From: an uncultured Elusimicrobia bacterium
Lineage (GTDB): Bacteria > Elusimicrobiota > Elusimicrobia > UBA1565 > UBA9628
Assembly: GCA_964450975.1 (NCBI GenBank)
Contig: CAYVFO010000003.1
Location: 1 to 41,464, forward strand
DNA: 41,464 bases
Reading direction: 5' to 3'
Below are positions 33,591 through 41,464 of this stretch, one piece after another. A program made the position numbers and the translations under genes. Positions within the stretch are counted from its first letter, which is position 1. Each line of letters begins with the position of its first letter. The notes beneath the pieces were generated by a model. That model was not told the origin of the DNA. It made no database searches and saw only the letters and a list, made by a program, of their open reading frames with translations.

Positions 33591-35084
33591 TTATTTGACG
33601 GGCTGCTTGGCCGGAGGAACCAGGCGGGCGCCGGGGTTCGGAACGCCGACCTTCTTGAGGATCTGGTCGACGACCTGGTCGGTGGTCAGGTTGTTCGCCT
33701 GGTAGCCGAGCGTGACGCGGTGGCGCAGGATGCGGTGAGCCACGTCGCGGACGTCCTGAGGCGAGACCCACGCGCGGCCGTTGAGGAGCGCGTTGATCTT
33801 GGCGGCCTTGAGGAGGAAGATGGCCGCGCGCGGCGAGGCGCCGGACTCGATCGCGTCCTTCGCGTCGATGCCGTACTTCGCCGGGTTGTGCGTCGCCTCG
33901 ATGATGTTGACGATGTAGTCGTCGATCGCGGGATCGACGTGGACCTGCTCGGCGATCTTGCGGATCGCGACGAGCTCATCAAGGGAGGTGATCTTGCCGG
34001 CCTTCGGCTGGCCCTCTTTCTTGGAGAACCGGTTCATGATCTCCTTGAGCTGCTCCATCGTCGGGCGGGGCACGAGGACCTTGTACATGAAGCGGTCCTG
34101 CTGGGCCTCGGGCAGGCGGTAGACGCCTTCCTGCTCGATCGGGTTCTGCGTCGCGAGCACCATGAACGGCTTCGGCAGCTCGAGCGTCTTGCGCGCGATC
34201 GTGACGCGGCCCTCGGCCATGGCCTCGAGGAGCGCGGCCTGCGTCTTCGGCATCATGCGGTTGATCTCGTCGACGAGCAGGATGTTCGTGAACACCGGGC
34301 CCTGGACGAGCTTGAACGCCTTCTCGCCGGTCGCCGGGTCTTCCTGCACGATCTCGGAGCCGAGGATGTCGGACGGGAGCTTGTCGGGCGTGCCCTGCAC
34401 GCGCTCGAACTGGCCCTCGACCGCGTCGGAGAACGCCTTGACGGTCTGCGTCTTGGCGACGCCGGGGACGCCTTCGAGGAGGACGTGCTCGGAGGCGATC
34501 ATCGCGGTGATGATCGAGTCGATCATGTCTTCCTGGCCGACGATGACCTTCGCGATCTCGGCGCGGATGCCCTTCACGACCGCGGCCTTCTCGACGATCG
34601 TCTGCGCGAGCGCCGCGTCGCCGCCCGCGTACGGGGAGGCGGCGGCGTCGACGGAAGGAGCCGAGGCGATCAGCGACTCGCCGGTGAGCGCGGCTTCGAG
34701 CGCGTTGCCCGCGCCGTGGACCTGCCCCGTCGGAGCCTTGCCCAAGTTCGGCATCGCGGCGAGAGCGTTCGTCGCGTTCGTCATCCGCTCGGCGGCGGAG
34801 GCCGCGGAGGTCACGGGCTTGAGGGCCGCCGGAACCGCGGCGGCCGCGGCCGGGATGACCGAGGGAGCCGGGAGCAGCGAGGGCGTCAGGGCCGAGCCCA
34901 GGCCCAGCGTCGGAGCCGCGAGCGCCGGCGCGCCGAGCGTGACCGAGGGCGCCGCGATGCCCGCGCCGAGCGCGGGAGCGACGGTGCCCGCCGGCACGCG
35001 CCCGCGCAGCTGCGCGGAAGCGGGCATCGGCGCGGCGATCATCGCCGCCAGTCCGAGATTGATGATGCTGGGAACTTTCTTCAT
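33591..35084 (-). CDS. MoxR-family AAA+ ATPase with about 170-aa N-terminal signal-like Ala/Pro-rich extension
   Basis: Last 497 codons of track ORF 33591..38246(-). Walker A EGVPGVAKTQ, Walker B ILLVDEINR, and VIVGQEDMI typical of MoxR. AGGAG lies 5 nt before ATG 35084. Confidence 0.85.
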   Translation of the reverse strand: MKKVPSIINLGLAAMIAAPMPASAQLRGRVPAGTVAPALGAGIAAPSVTLGAPALAAPTLGLGSALTPSLLPAPSVIPAAAAAVPAALKPVTSAASAAERMTNATNALAAMPNLGKAPTGQVHGAGNALEAALTGESLIASAPSVDAAASPYAGGDAALAQTIVEKAAVVKGIRAEIAKVIVGQEDMIDSIITAMIASEHVLLEGVPGVAKTQTVKAFSDAVEGQFERVQGTPDKLPSDILGSEIVQEDPATGEKAFKLVQGPVFTNILLVDEINRMMPKTQAALLEAMAEGRVTIARKTLELPKPFMVLATQNPIEQEGVYRLPEAQQDRFMYKVLVPRPTMEQLKEIMNRFSKKEGQPKAGKITSLDELVAIRKIAEQVHVDPAIDDYIVNIIEATHNPAKYGIDAKDAIESGASPRAAIFLLKAAKINALLNGRAWVSPQDVRDVAHRILRHRVTLGYQANNLTTDQVVDQILKKVGVPNPGARLVPPAKQPVK

Positions 35085-35092
35085 AGACGCTC

Positions 35093-38000
35093 CTAAGGGT
35101 TCTTCGGCTGCTTGGCTTTCGGCTGCAGCGCCAGCTCGAGGCTTTCGAGCGGGTCGCCTTCGGTGGAAATCTTGATCGGGCGCAGGCGCGCGGCCTCGAA
35201 CGCCGTCTCGATCATCTGCTCGCGGCGGGAGATCAAAGCGCCCTGCTCGCGGCGGACTTCGGAAGAGGAGGTGTCGAGCACGCGGGTCGTCCCCGTCTCG
35301 GCGTCCTCGACGGGCAGGAGGCCCACGTCGGGGAGCGGCTGGAGCTCCGCGGGATCGCTCACGCGGATCGGGCGCACGTCGTGGCGCGCGGCGAGCGAGC
35401 CGAGCGCGTCCTTGAAGTCGGCGGAGATGAAGTCGGAGATGACGGCGACCATCGAGCGCGAGACGAGGACCTTGCCCGCGGTGTCGAGGCCGGGCTTGAG
35501 GTCGGTCGTCTGGCCCTGCGCCTCGGCGTTCAGGATCGCCTCGATGAGCTGCATCGCGTGCTTCTGGCCGCCCTTGGGCGGGATCACGGTCTCGACGCGG
35601 TCGGAGACGAGGATCAGGCCGACGCGCACGTTGTGGCGCGTCGCCGCGAGCGCGATCACCGCGGCCGCGTCCTGGATCGCCGCGCGCTTCTCGACGCCCG
35701 TGGTGCCGACGCGGCCGGACTTGGAGACGTCGACGACGAGCATGAGCGGCATGTCGCGCTCGAGCTCGAACTTCTTCGCGTAGAGCTCGTCCTTCTTCGC
35801 GGAGGTCTTCCAGTCGATCTCGCGGGCGTCCTCGTTCTCGTACGGGCGGGCCTCGGCGAACTCGGTGCCGCCGGCGCCGATGAAGCGCGAGCGGAACGAG
35901 CCGCCGGAGACGGCGGTCGCGAGGCGGCGCGCGGAGAGCTCGATGCGGCGGTGGCGCGCGAGCGTCTTGGCCTCGATCGTGTCGCGGCCGGCCTCGGCGG
36001 CGAGGCGGGCCTCCTCCTCCTTGGCCTGCGCCTTGGAGAGCATGCGCCAGACGACGAACGCGGCGCCGATGCCGACGGCGGCGAAGAGCAGGAGCGGAAC
36101 GGCGCCGAGCACGGGCAGCGCGGCGAGCATGAGCGGCGAGAAGGCGTGCTGCGTCTTCTTGCCCTCGTGAGCGGCGAGCGCGCGGTCGGCGGCGCGGAGC
36201 GCCTCGTCGATCGTCTCGGCCTCGGCGTCGGTCAGGTCGCGCGGCGTCGTGCCGTCGCCCTCCCAGCCCTTGCCCGACTTCTTGATGCCCTCGAGCCACG
36301 TCTTGAGCTTCACGACGTCGGCCTTGGAGTATTTCTCGCGGTACTCGCCGGAGCCGTAGCCGGCGCCGTTGGAGTCCATGAGGCCCATCGCGCGCAGCTT
36401 CTCGGTGAACGTCGAGCCCGGGAACACGGTGTAGCCCTTCTGCAGGCGGCTGTTGAGGAGCTCGGCGGAGATCTCCGCGGGATCGTCGCCGGCGGCGACG
36501 CCGGAGGCGGCCGCGATGCGCTCGTAAAGAGGAAGGAGGGTCTTGGCCTTCTCGAACGCCTTGCGCTGCTCGGCGGTGGGCTTCTTGACCTTGGCCATCG
36601 CCGAGTCGGAGGCCGCGCGCAGCTCGCGGTAGTGGCGAAGCGTGAACGGCTCGCGCCAGGAGTCGTCGTCCTCGCGCGCGCCCGAGTTGACGTTCGCGTC
36701 CTTGAGCTTGTCGAGGACCTTCTCGAGCTCCTCGCCGACTTCGGTCGCGCCCTTCGCCGCGCGCTCGGACGCGGCCTCGGCCATGAGCTTGCCGGCGGGG
36801 GTCTTGAGGCCGGCGAGCAAGGCCTCGAGCTGCGGCTTCTCCGAGGGCGTGCCGGCGACGGCCTCGGACACGAGGTCGAGGACCTGAGCGACGTCGGCGG
36901 AGTCGTGACCGGGACGCGCCTTGAGGATTTCGATGAGGACGTCCTGCGCGCGGACGGCGAAGCCCGCGTCCTTGGCGCGCGCCTTGAGCGCGACCGTCAG
37001 GCGCACGAGCGCGAGCGACTCCTGACCGGGGCGCATCACCTCGGTCTTGAGGTCGGCTCCCTTGGTCGCGGCGGGGCCGCCGAAGCGCTTGGCCAAGATC
37101 TCGTCGAAGCGGTCGATGGCGCCGGTGAGGAAGACCTTCTCGTTCCACGTGAGGTCGCGCGGCGAGGAGCCGAGCGACTTGCCGCCGGCGGCGGTCTTCA
37201 CGAGCCACGCGCGGATGGCCTCGAGCTCGGCCTTCGTGTAGGTCTGCCGGTAGTCGGAGAGGTTGTTGCCCGCGCCGGGCATGAGCTTCGCGGCGCGCAG
37301 CGCCTCGTTGAACTCGGAGGCGGTGAACAGGCGGTAGCCGGCGAGCAGGACGACGTTGGCCTCGTCGGCCGCGATCTCGCCGACGGAATCGCCGGCGGGC
37401 GCGCCCGCGAGGGCGGCCAGAGCCTTGTAAGAGGAGATCGTCTTGCGCGCGGTCTCGGCGGCGGCCTTCATCTCGGGCGTGAGCTTGCCCGCGGCGCGCG
37501 CCTGGTTTTCGGCTTCCGTGATGCCGTCGATGATCGACTGGTAATGGCGCAGCTTGAGGTCGGAGCGCCAGGCGTACTCGGACTCGCGCGCGCCCACGAG
37601 CAGGTTCGCGGTCTTGAGGCCGGCGAACGCCGACTCGGCCTTCTCGGCCGCGGCCTTCAGACCCTCGCCGGCGCGCTCGCGCGCGGCGGGAGCGAAAGCG
37701 GCGCCGTTCGGCGTCTTGAGGACGGACGTGAGCGCGTCGACCGCGACGGACTCGGCCGGCTTGCCCTTCACCGAGGCGAGGATCTGCTTGAGGAGGGCGT
37801 TCGCGTCGGCGGCGTCGAAGCCGGGGCGGCCGACCTGCGCGAAGAGCTTGGTCTCGACGTCGAGCGCGGCGGAGTCGCCCTTCGCCGTGAGCTCGCGCGA
37901 GAGCTTCGCGATGAGGAGCGAGTCCTCGTCGGAGGCGTCGAGCGCCTTCTCGGACGGGAAGCGAGCGGCGCGGACGGCCTCGACCTGCTCGATCGCGCCG

Positions 38001-41000
38001 GAAAGCCAGATCTTCTCGGCCCACGTGAGCGGGCGGGTCTTGCCGTCGGACTCCCAGCCCTTGTTCTCCTTGGCCATCACGACGAGCGCGTCGCGCAGAG
38101 TCGCGAGCTGGGCGGCGTCGAGCGACTCGGCGTAGGCGAGGCGCGAGGAGTAGTCGCCCATCGCGGGCGCCAAGCCGAGCGTCCGCATCGCCTTCATGAA
38201 GTGCTGGCCGCTGAACGTGCTCTGGCCGGACTTGATCGTCTCCCACAGATCGTCGGCGGCGAGCTCGGGAGCCGAGCCGCCCTGCATCATGCCGGCCTTC
38301 GCGCCCGCCTCGAGCGACTTCTCGACGGTCGCCATCGCGCGGTCCATGAGCTCGCGCGTCGCGGCGTTCTCCTTCGTCGCCGGCTCGGCCTTCGGGCCGC
38401 CCATCTCCTCGAGCGCCTTCGCGAACGCCTGCAGATGCCCGAGCTTGTAGAGCTCGCGGTAGTTCTTGGTCGTGTAGGAGCCGCCGCGGCCGTAGTAGCC
38501 GCCGTGGCCGTGGTCGTCGTAGTAGTCGCCGTAGCCGCCGCCGCTCTGCGAATCGGGCAGGACGACGCCGTCGGCGATCAGCCGCTCGTGGAGGCCGGGG
38601 ATCGCGGCCTCGGCTTCCTTGATCTGCTCGGTGATCGCCTGCGTGATCAGGTAGCGCACGCCGCCCTGCAGAGGCGCCGGCGCGTTCCCGTCGCCCTGCA
38701 TCTTGTCGCCGATGTTGAGGAGCATGACGACCATCGACGGCGGGCCCTTCACTTCCTGGTCGGGAGGCGTCGCCTCCCAGATCGGCTTGCGCAGCGCGTC
38801 GTAGGCGCGCGCGATCGCCAGAGACTTGTCGAGGAAGATCTTCGCCTTCGCGAGGTCGCCGTCCTGGATCGCCGCGTCGCCGAGGCGGCGGAAGACGAAC
38901 GAGGCGGACCAGAGCTGGAGCGCGGGGTCGTTGACGTGCTTGTCCTGGACCGCGGTTATCCCGTCGAAGAACTTCTTGCCGCCGTCTCGGGAGAGGTGCG
39001 AGTAGAGAACGCCGCCCGCCATCTGCTGGACCTGGCGGTTCGGGCTCTTGAGCACGCGGAAGAGCTGGACGATCGTCTTCTCGTTGCCGGACTCGACGCC
39101 GAGCACGACGAGCTTGACGAGCAGCATCGCCGCGCCCTCGTCGGAGCGGGACGCCGCGATGATCTGGTCCATCGACGCCCAGAGCATGTCGTTGTCGCGC
39201 TCGATGAGCGAGCGCAGCATGATCGCCTCGCCCTGCGCGGTCAGCGGCAGGATGCCGGCGCGGCGGACGATCGCGACGAGCACGTTGTCGGCCTTGGGAT
39301 CGGGCGACTCGCGCAGGATCTGCAGCGCGCGCTCGAGGTCGCCGCCGGCGGTGCGCGGCGACTCGTGCCAGCGCTTGAGCGCGGGAAGGACCTGCTCGGG
39401 GATGCGCGCGTCCACGTAGCGGTCGGTGAAGATGACGAGGTCCTCGGCGTAGAAGAGGCGCATCGAGGCCTCGGCGGCCTGCCGCTGCTGCGCCTGGAAC
39501 TGGATCGTGCCGATCGAGGACACGCCGGTCAGCGCGATCATCAGGGAGAGGACGCCGACAGTGCCCCAGCGCTTGAGGCGCGCGCCGAGTCCCGGAGCCT
39601 GCGGAGCCTTCAGCGACGGGATCTCATAAGGAACGGGCTTCGACGCCGCGATCGCCTCGAGCGCTTCCACGCGCAGGACCGCGTCGGAGTGCGAGAGCCA
39701 GCCGATGTCGGCGCGGCGCGCGAGGATGCGCTCGGTGACCGGCGTCAGCGGCTCCATGCGCGTCTTGCCGGCGCGGCGGAGCGCGGCCAGGATCTTGTCC
39801 ATCGTCTCGGGCGAGGCGCCGGAGAGGTACGCGGCGGTCAGGAGCTCGCGCCAGAGGGCCTCGTCGCGCGCGGCCCAGTCGATCATCGTCTCGCGCAGCG
39901 GCTCCTTGGCCTGCTGCCACTTCGCGACGAAGTGCGAGAGGCGGCGCTCGTCGGCCTCGCGCAGGTCGTAGAGGTGGACGAGGTCCTTCGCGACGCCCTT
40001 CGGCACCGCGCCGTTCCAGCGCTGCCACGTCTCGGTGATCCGGCGCGTGAGCGCGCCGCCCGTCCAGTGGTCGTAGGCGAGGTAGCCGGCGGCGAGCGTG
40101 GCGAGGATCGCGAACGGAAGAATCTGGGGCCACGCGCCGAGCGGGATCAAGGCGAGGCCGAGGAAGGAGGCGGGGCCGCCGAGCGAGCCCGAGCCCTTGC
40201 CCTTCTCGTCCTTCGCGGCCTTCTTCTCGCCCGCGTCGTTCTGCGGGCGGCGGAGGAAGGACTTGCCCTTGAGAATCGAGTCGAGCAGCAGGAGCATCAG
40301 CGCGGGCCAGAGGAGGTAGACGCCGATCGGGCGCGGCGACTTGATCGTGTCGCCCTGCTGGCCCTTCTCGAGCGCCGAGACGTCCTTGAGGATCGCGTCG
40401 ATCGAGGTCTTGCCGCCGGAGCGGAAGTACGCGCCGCCGGTGCGCTCGGCGAGCTTGCGCAGCGGCCCCTCGACGAGGCGCGTCGTCGCGGGCTGGCCCG
40501 TCTTCTCGTCGATCTGATACTCGAAGCCCTTCCCGTCCTCGGTCGGGATCTTGATCTTCGTGCCGGCGGGATCGCCGACGCCGATGACGTAGACCGTGAC
40601 CTTGTGCTCGAGCGCGGCCGCGATCGCCTTCTCGACGTCGGCCTCGGGCACGTCGCCGTCGGAGATGACGATCATCAGGCGCTGGCGGTCGCCGAGCTTC
40701 TTGAGGACCTCGAAGTGCTCGGCGGCGTACTTGACGCCGTCGCCCAAGTTCGAGCCCGCGCCGATGTCGCGCGTCTCGACTTCGGGGCGGTTGATCTTGA
40801 ACTCGAAATTCGAGTACTCGGCGGAGACGGGCGAGGCGGTGCGGGCCTTGCCCGCGAAGAAGACGAGGCCGACGCGGTCGGTGCCCTGCAGGCGCGAGAT
40901 GAACTCGTTGAGCTCCTTCCGCGTGCGCTCCATGCGGCCGTCCTCGGCGTACACCATCGAGGTCGAGCCGTCGACGGTGACGACGATGTCCTTGCCGCCG

Positions 41001-41464
41001 AAGTTGACGCGCTCGTCGGTCATGCCGCCGCGCGGATCCATCGACGCGAGGCCGGTCAAGCCGAGCACGGACAGGATGAGGGCGGTCTTCGTCAGGAAGC
41101 GCTTCGCCCCCCACCACCCGGTGAAATTCTTGGGAGCCGTGACGGGCGCGAGCTTCTTGGCCGCGGCCATGTTCTTGCGCAGGCCCCAGAGCACGAAGAG
41201 GATCGCCAGCGGCAGGCCGATGCCGAGCACCCACGCGAACGCGGCGCCGGAGAACATGACGCCCTGGCCGGCGAAGGCGAGCGGCAGCGCGGCCATGCCC
41301 CAGACGCCGGAGCCCTTGCGCGGGATCGCCTTGCGGGCGGCGTCCTTCTCGCCTTTCTCCTGCTGGCCGAGAGCCTCGCCGAGCTTGTCGGCGCCTTCCT
41401 TGGGATCCTTGCCGTCTTTGCCGTCCTTCGGCTTGCCGTCGCCCTTCTTGTCGCCCTGCTGGTC
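35093..41464 (-). CDS. giant membrane protein: BatA-like TM-vWA-TM module + about 1,300 aa unassigned repeat region + 2TM-DUF58 module (5' end open at window edge)
   Basis: One uninterrupted frame. vWA MIDAS VDGSTSM...ISDGD (about 40400-41000). DUF58 signature GTEFAEARPYENEDAREIDWKTSAKKDELYAKKFE (about 35250-35960). Additional TM segments. The frame continues in phase, with no stop, from ATG 41296 to the window end. Confidence 0.8.
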   Translation of the reverse strand, partial: DQQGDKKGDGKPKDGKDGKDPKEGADKLGEALGQQEKGEKDAARKAIPRKGSGVWGMAALPLAFAGQGVMFSGAAFAWVLGIGLPLAILFVLWGLRKNMAAAKKLAPVTAPKNFTGWWGAKRFLTKTALILSVLGLTGLASMDPRGGMTDERVNFGGKDIVVTVDGSTSMVYAEDGRMERTRKELNEFISRLQGTDRVGLVFFAGKARTASPVSAEYSNFEFKINRPEVETRDIGAGSNLGDGVKYAAEHFEVLKKLGDRQRLMIVISDGDVPEADVEKAIAAALEHKVTVYVIGVGDPAGTKIKIPTEDGKGFEYQIDEKTGQPATTRLVEGPLRKLAERTGGAYFRSGGKTSIDAILKDVSALEKGQQGDTIKSPRPIGVYLLWPALMLLLLDSILKGKSFLRRPQNDAGEKKAAKDEKGKGSGSLGGPASFLGLALIPLGAWPQILPFAILATLAAGYLAYDHWTGGALTRRITETWQRWNGAVPKGVAKDLVHLYDLREADERRLSHFVAKWQQAKEPLRETMIDWAARDEALWRELLTAAYLSGASPETMDKILAALRRAGKTRMEPLTPVTERILARRADIGWLSHSDAVLRVEALEAIAASKPVPYEIPSLKAPQAPGLGARLKRWGTVGVLSLMIALTGVSSIGTIQFQAQQRQAAEASMRLFYAEDLVIFTDRYVDARIPEQVLPALKRWHESPRTAGGDLERALQILRESPDPKADNVLVAIVRRAGILPLTAQGEAIMLRSLIERDNDMLWASMDQIIAASRSDEGAAMLLVKLVVLGVESGNEKTIVQLFRVLKSPNRQVQQMAGGVLYSHLSRDGGKKFFDGITAVQDKHVNDPALQLWSASFVFRRLGDAAIQDGDLAKAKIFLDKSLAIARAYDALRKPIWEATPPDQEVKGPPSMVVMLLNIGDKMQGDGNAPAPLQGGVRYLITQAITEQIKEAEAAIPGLHERLIADGVVLPDSQSGGGYGDYYDDHGHGGYYGRGGSYTTKNYRELYKLGHLQAFAKALEEMGGPKAEPATKENAATRELMDRAMATVEKSLEAGAKAGMMQGGSAPELAADDLWETIKSGQSTFSGQHFMKAMRTLGLAPAMGDYSSRLAYAESLDAAQLATLRDALVVMAKENKGWESDGKTRPLTWAEKIWLSGAIEQVEAVRAARFPSEKALDASDEDSLLIAKLSRELTAKGDSAALDVETKLFAQVGRPGFDAADANALLKQILASVKGKPAESVAVDALTSVLKTPNGAAFAPAARERAGEGLKAAAEKAESAFAGLKTANLLVGARESEYAWRSDLKLRHYQSIIDGITEAENQARAAGKLTPEMKAAAETARKTISSYKALAALAGAPAGDSVGEIAADEANVVLLAGYRLFTASEFNEALRAAKLMPGAGNNLSDYRQTYTKAELEAIRAWLVKTAAGGKSLGSSPRDLTWNEKVFLTGAIDRFDEILAKRFGGPAATKGADLKTEVMRPGQESLALVRLTVALKARAKDAGFAVRAQDVLIEILKARPGHDSADVAQVLDLVSEAVAGTPSEKPQLEALLAGLKTPAGKLMAEAASERAAKGATEVGEELEKVLDKLKDANVNSGAREDDDSWREPFTLRHYRELRAASDSAMAKVKKPTAEQRKAFEKAKTLLPLYERIAAASGVAAGDDPAEISAELLNSRLQKGYTVFPGSTFTEKLRAMGLMDSNGAGYGSGEYREKYSKADVVKLKTWLEGIKKSGKGWEGDGTTPRDLTDAEAETIDEALRAADRALAAHEGKKTQHAFSPLMLAALPVLGAVPLLLFAAVGIGAAFVVWRMLSKAQAKEEEARLAAEAGRDTIEAKTLARHRRIELSARRLATAVSGGSFRSRFIGAGGTEFAEARPYENEDAREIDWKTSAKKDELYAKKFELERDMPLMLVVDVSKSGRVGTTGVEKRAAIQDAAAVIALAATRHNVRVGLILVSDRVETVIPPKGGQKHAMQLIEAILNAEAQGQTTDLKPGLDTAGKVLVSRSMVAVISDFISADFKDALGSLAARHDVRPIRVSDPAELQPLPDVGLLPVEDAETGTTRVLDTSSSEVRREQGALISRREQMIETAFEAARLRPIKISTEGDPLESLELALQPKAKQPKNP
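36165..38479 (-). repeat. protein-level tandem repeat, A-B-A-B-A arrangement, period about 909 nt (about 303 aa), inside the giant ORF
   Basis: A units start at YTTKNYRELY (about 38479), WRSDLKLRHY (about 37570) and WREPFTLRHY (about 36660). Each A unit ends in G(K)xWExDGxxPRDLTxxEKxxLxGAI. B units align with each other (SLLIAKLSRELTAKG... versus SLALVRLTVALKARA...). Confidence 0.7.

Noticed and set aside
33369-35175. Plus-strand ORFs 33369..35096 and 34162..35175, antisense to moxR
   Set aside because: Antisense GC artefacts with no start context or domains.
35085-38246. Upstream 1,054 codons of track ORF 33591..38246(-)
   Set aside because: They overlap the giant ORF in another frame and are almost pure R/A/G/P/D. 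MoxR starts at 35084 behind an AGGAG site.
39624-41234. 536-aa alternative-frame ORF inside the giant gene
   Set aside because: Arg/Pro/Ala-rich. The vWA-containing frame is the real one.
1-41464. CRISPR arrays, transposases, integrases, prophage genes, tRNA or rRNA genes, toxin-antitoxin or recognisable defence systems
   Set aside because: No spaced direct repeats, terminal inverted repeats, recombinase or Cas-like translations, or cloverleaf candidates were seen. Composition is uniform apart from short promoter and operator patches.

Overview
GC-rich bacterial chromosomal segment with strong GC3 codon bias, densely packed with about 35 supportable CDS. I saw no rRNA, tRNA, CRISPR array, transposase or integrase. 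All calls rest on reading the ORF translations and the DNA by eye; no homology search or RNA folding was run. Left to right: a B12-binding radical SAM gene; an exported methionine-sulfoxide repair module (msrAB divergent from ccdA and a TlpA-like thioredoxin); a DUF1207-like gene with no canonical start codon; a GT2 / GMC-type FAD oxidoreductase / SDR triad; mutS-mutL; a methyltransferase coupled to a beta-barrel OMP; small envelope proteins. At 16.6-17.0 kb sits an orphan, strongly promoted and terminated structured ncRNA candidate. A 12-gene minus-strand array follows (28053 down to 17002): ArsC-like, two GT-C, GT2, GT-C-like, WecA-like, Glf-like, lipoprotein, DEDDh exonuclease, queC, queE. 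Most of these are joined by 1-4 nt stop/start overlaps. Next come a CPBP-HtrA-PDZ fusion protease and several small genes. The most unusual locus is at the right end, an atypical MoxR system. A BatA-like vWA module and a complete DUF58 module are fused into one ORF of more than 2,100 codons around about 1,300 aa of unassigned, internally repeated sequence. That ORF is tightly coupled to a MoxR ATPase carrying an export-signal-like Ala/Pro/Ser leader and to a secreted metallophosphoesterase. The same leader type recurs on three unrelated enzymes. Many genes appear leaderless, with a -10 box 5-9 nt before the start codon. Many long alternative-frame ORFs in the track are GC-driven artefacts.
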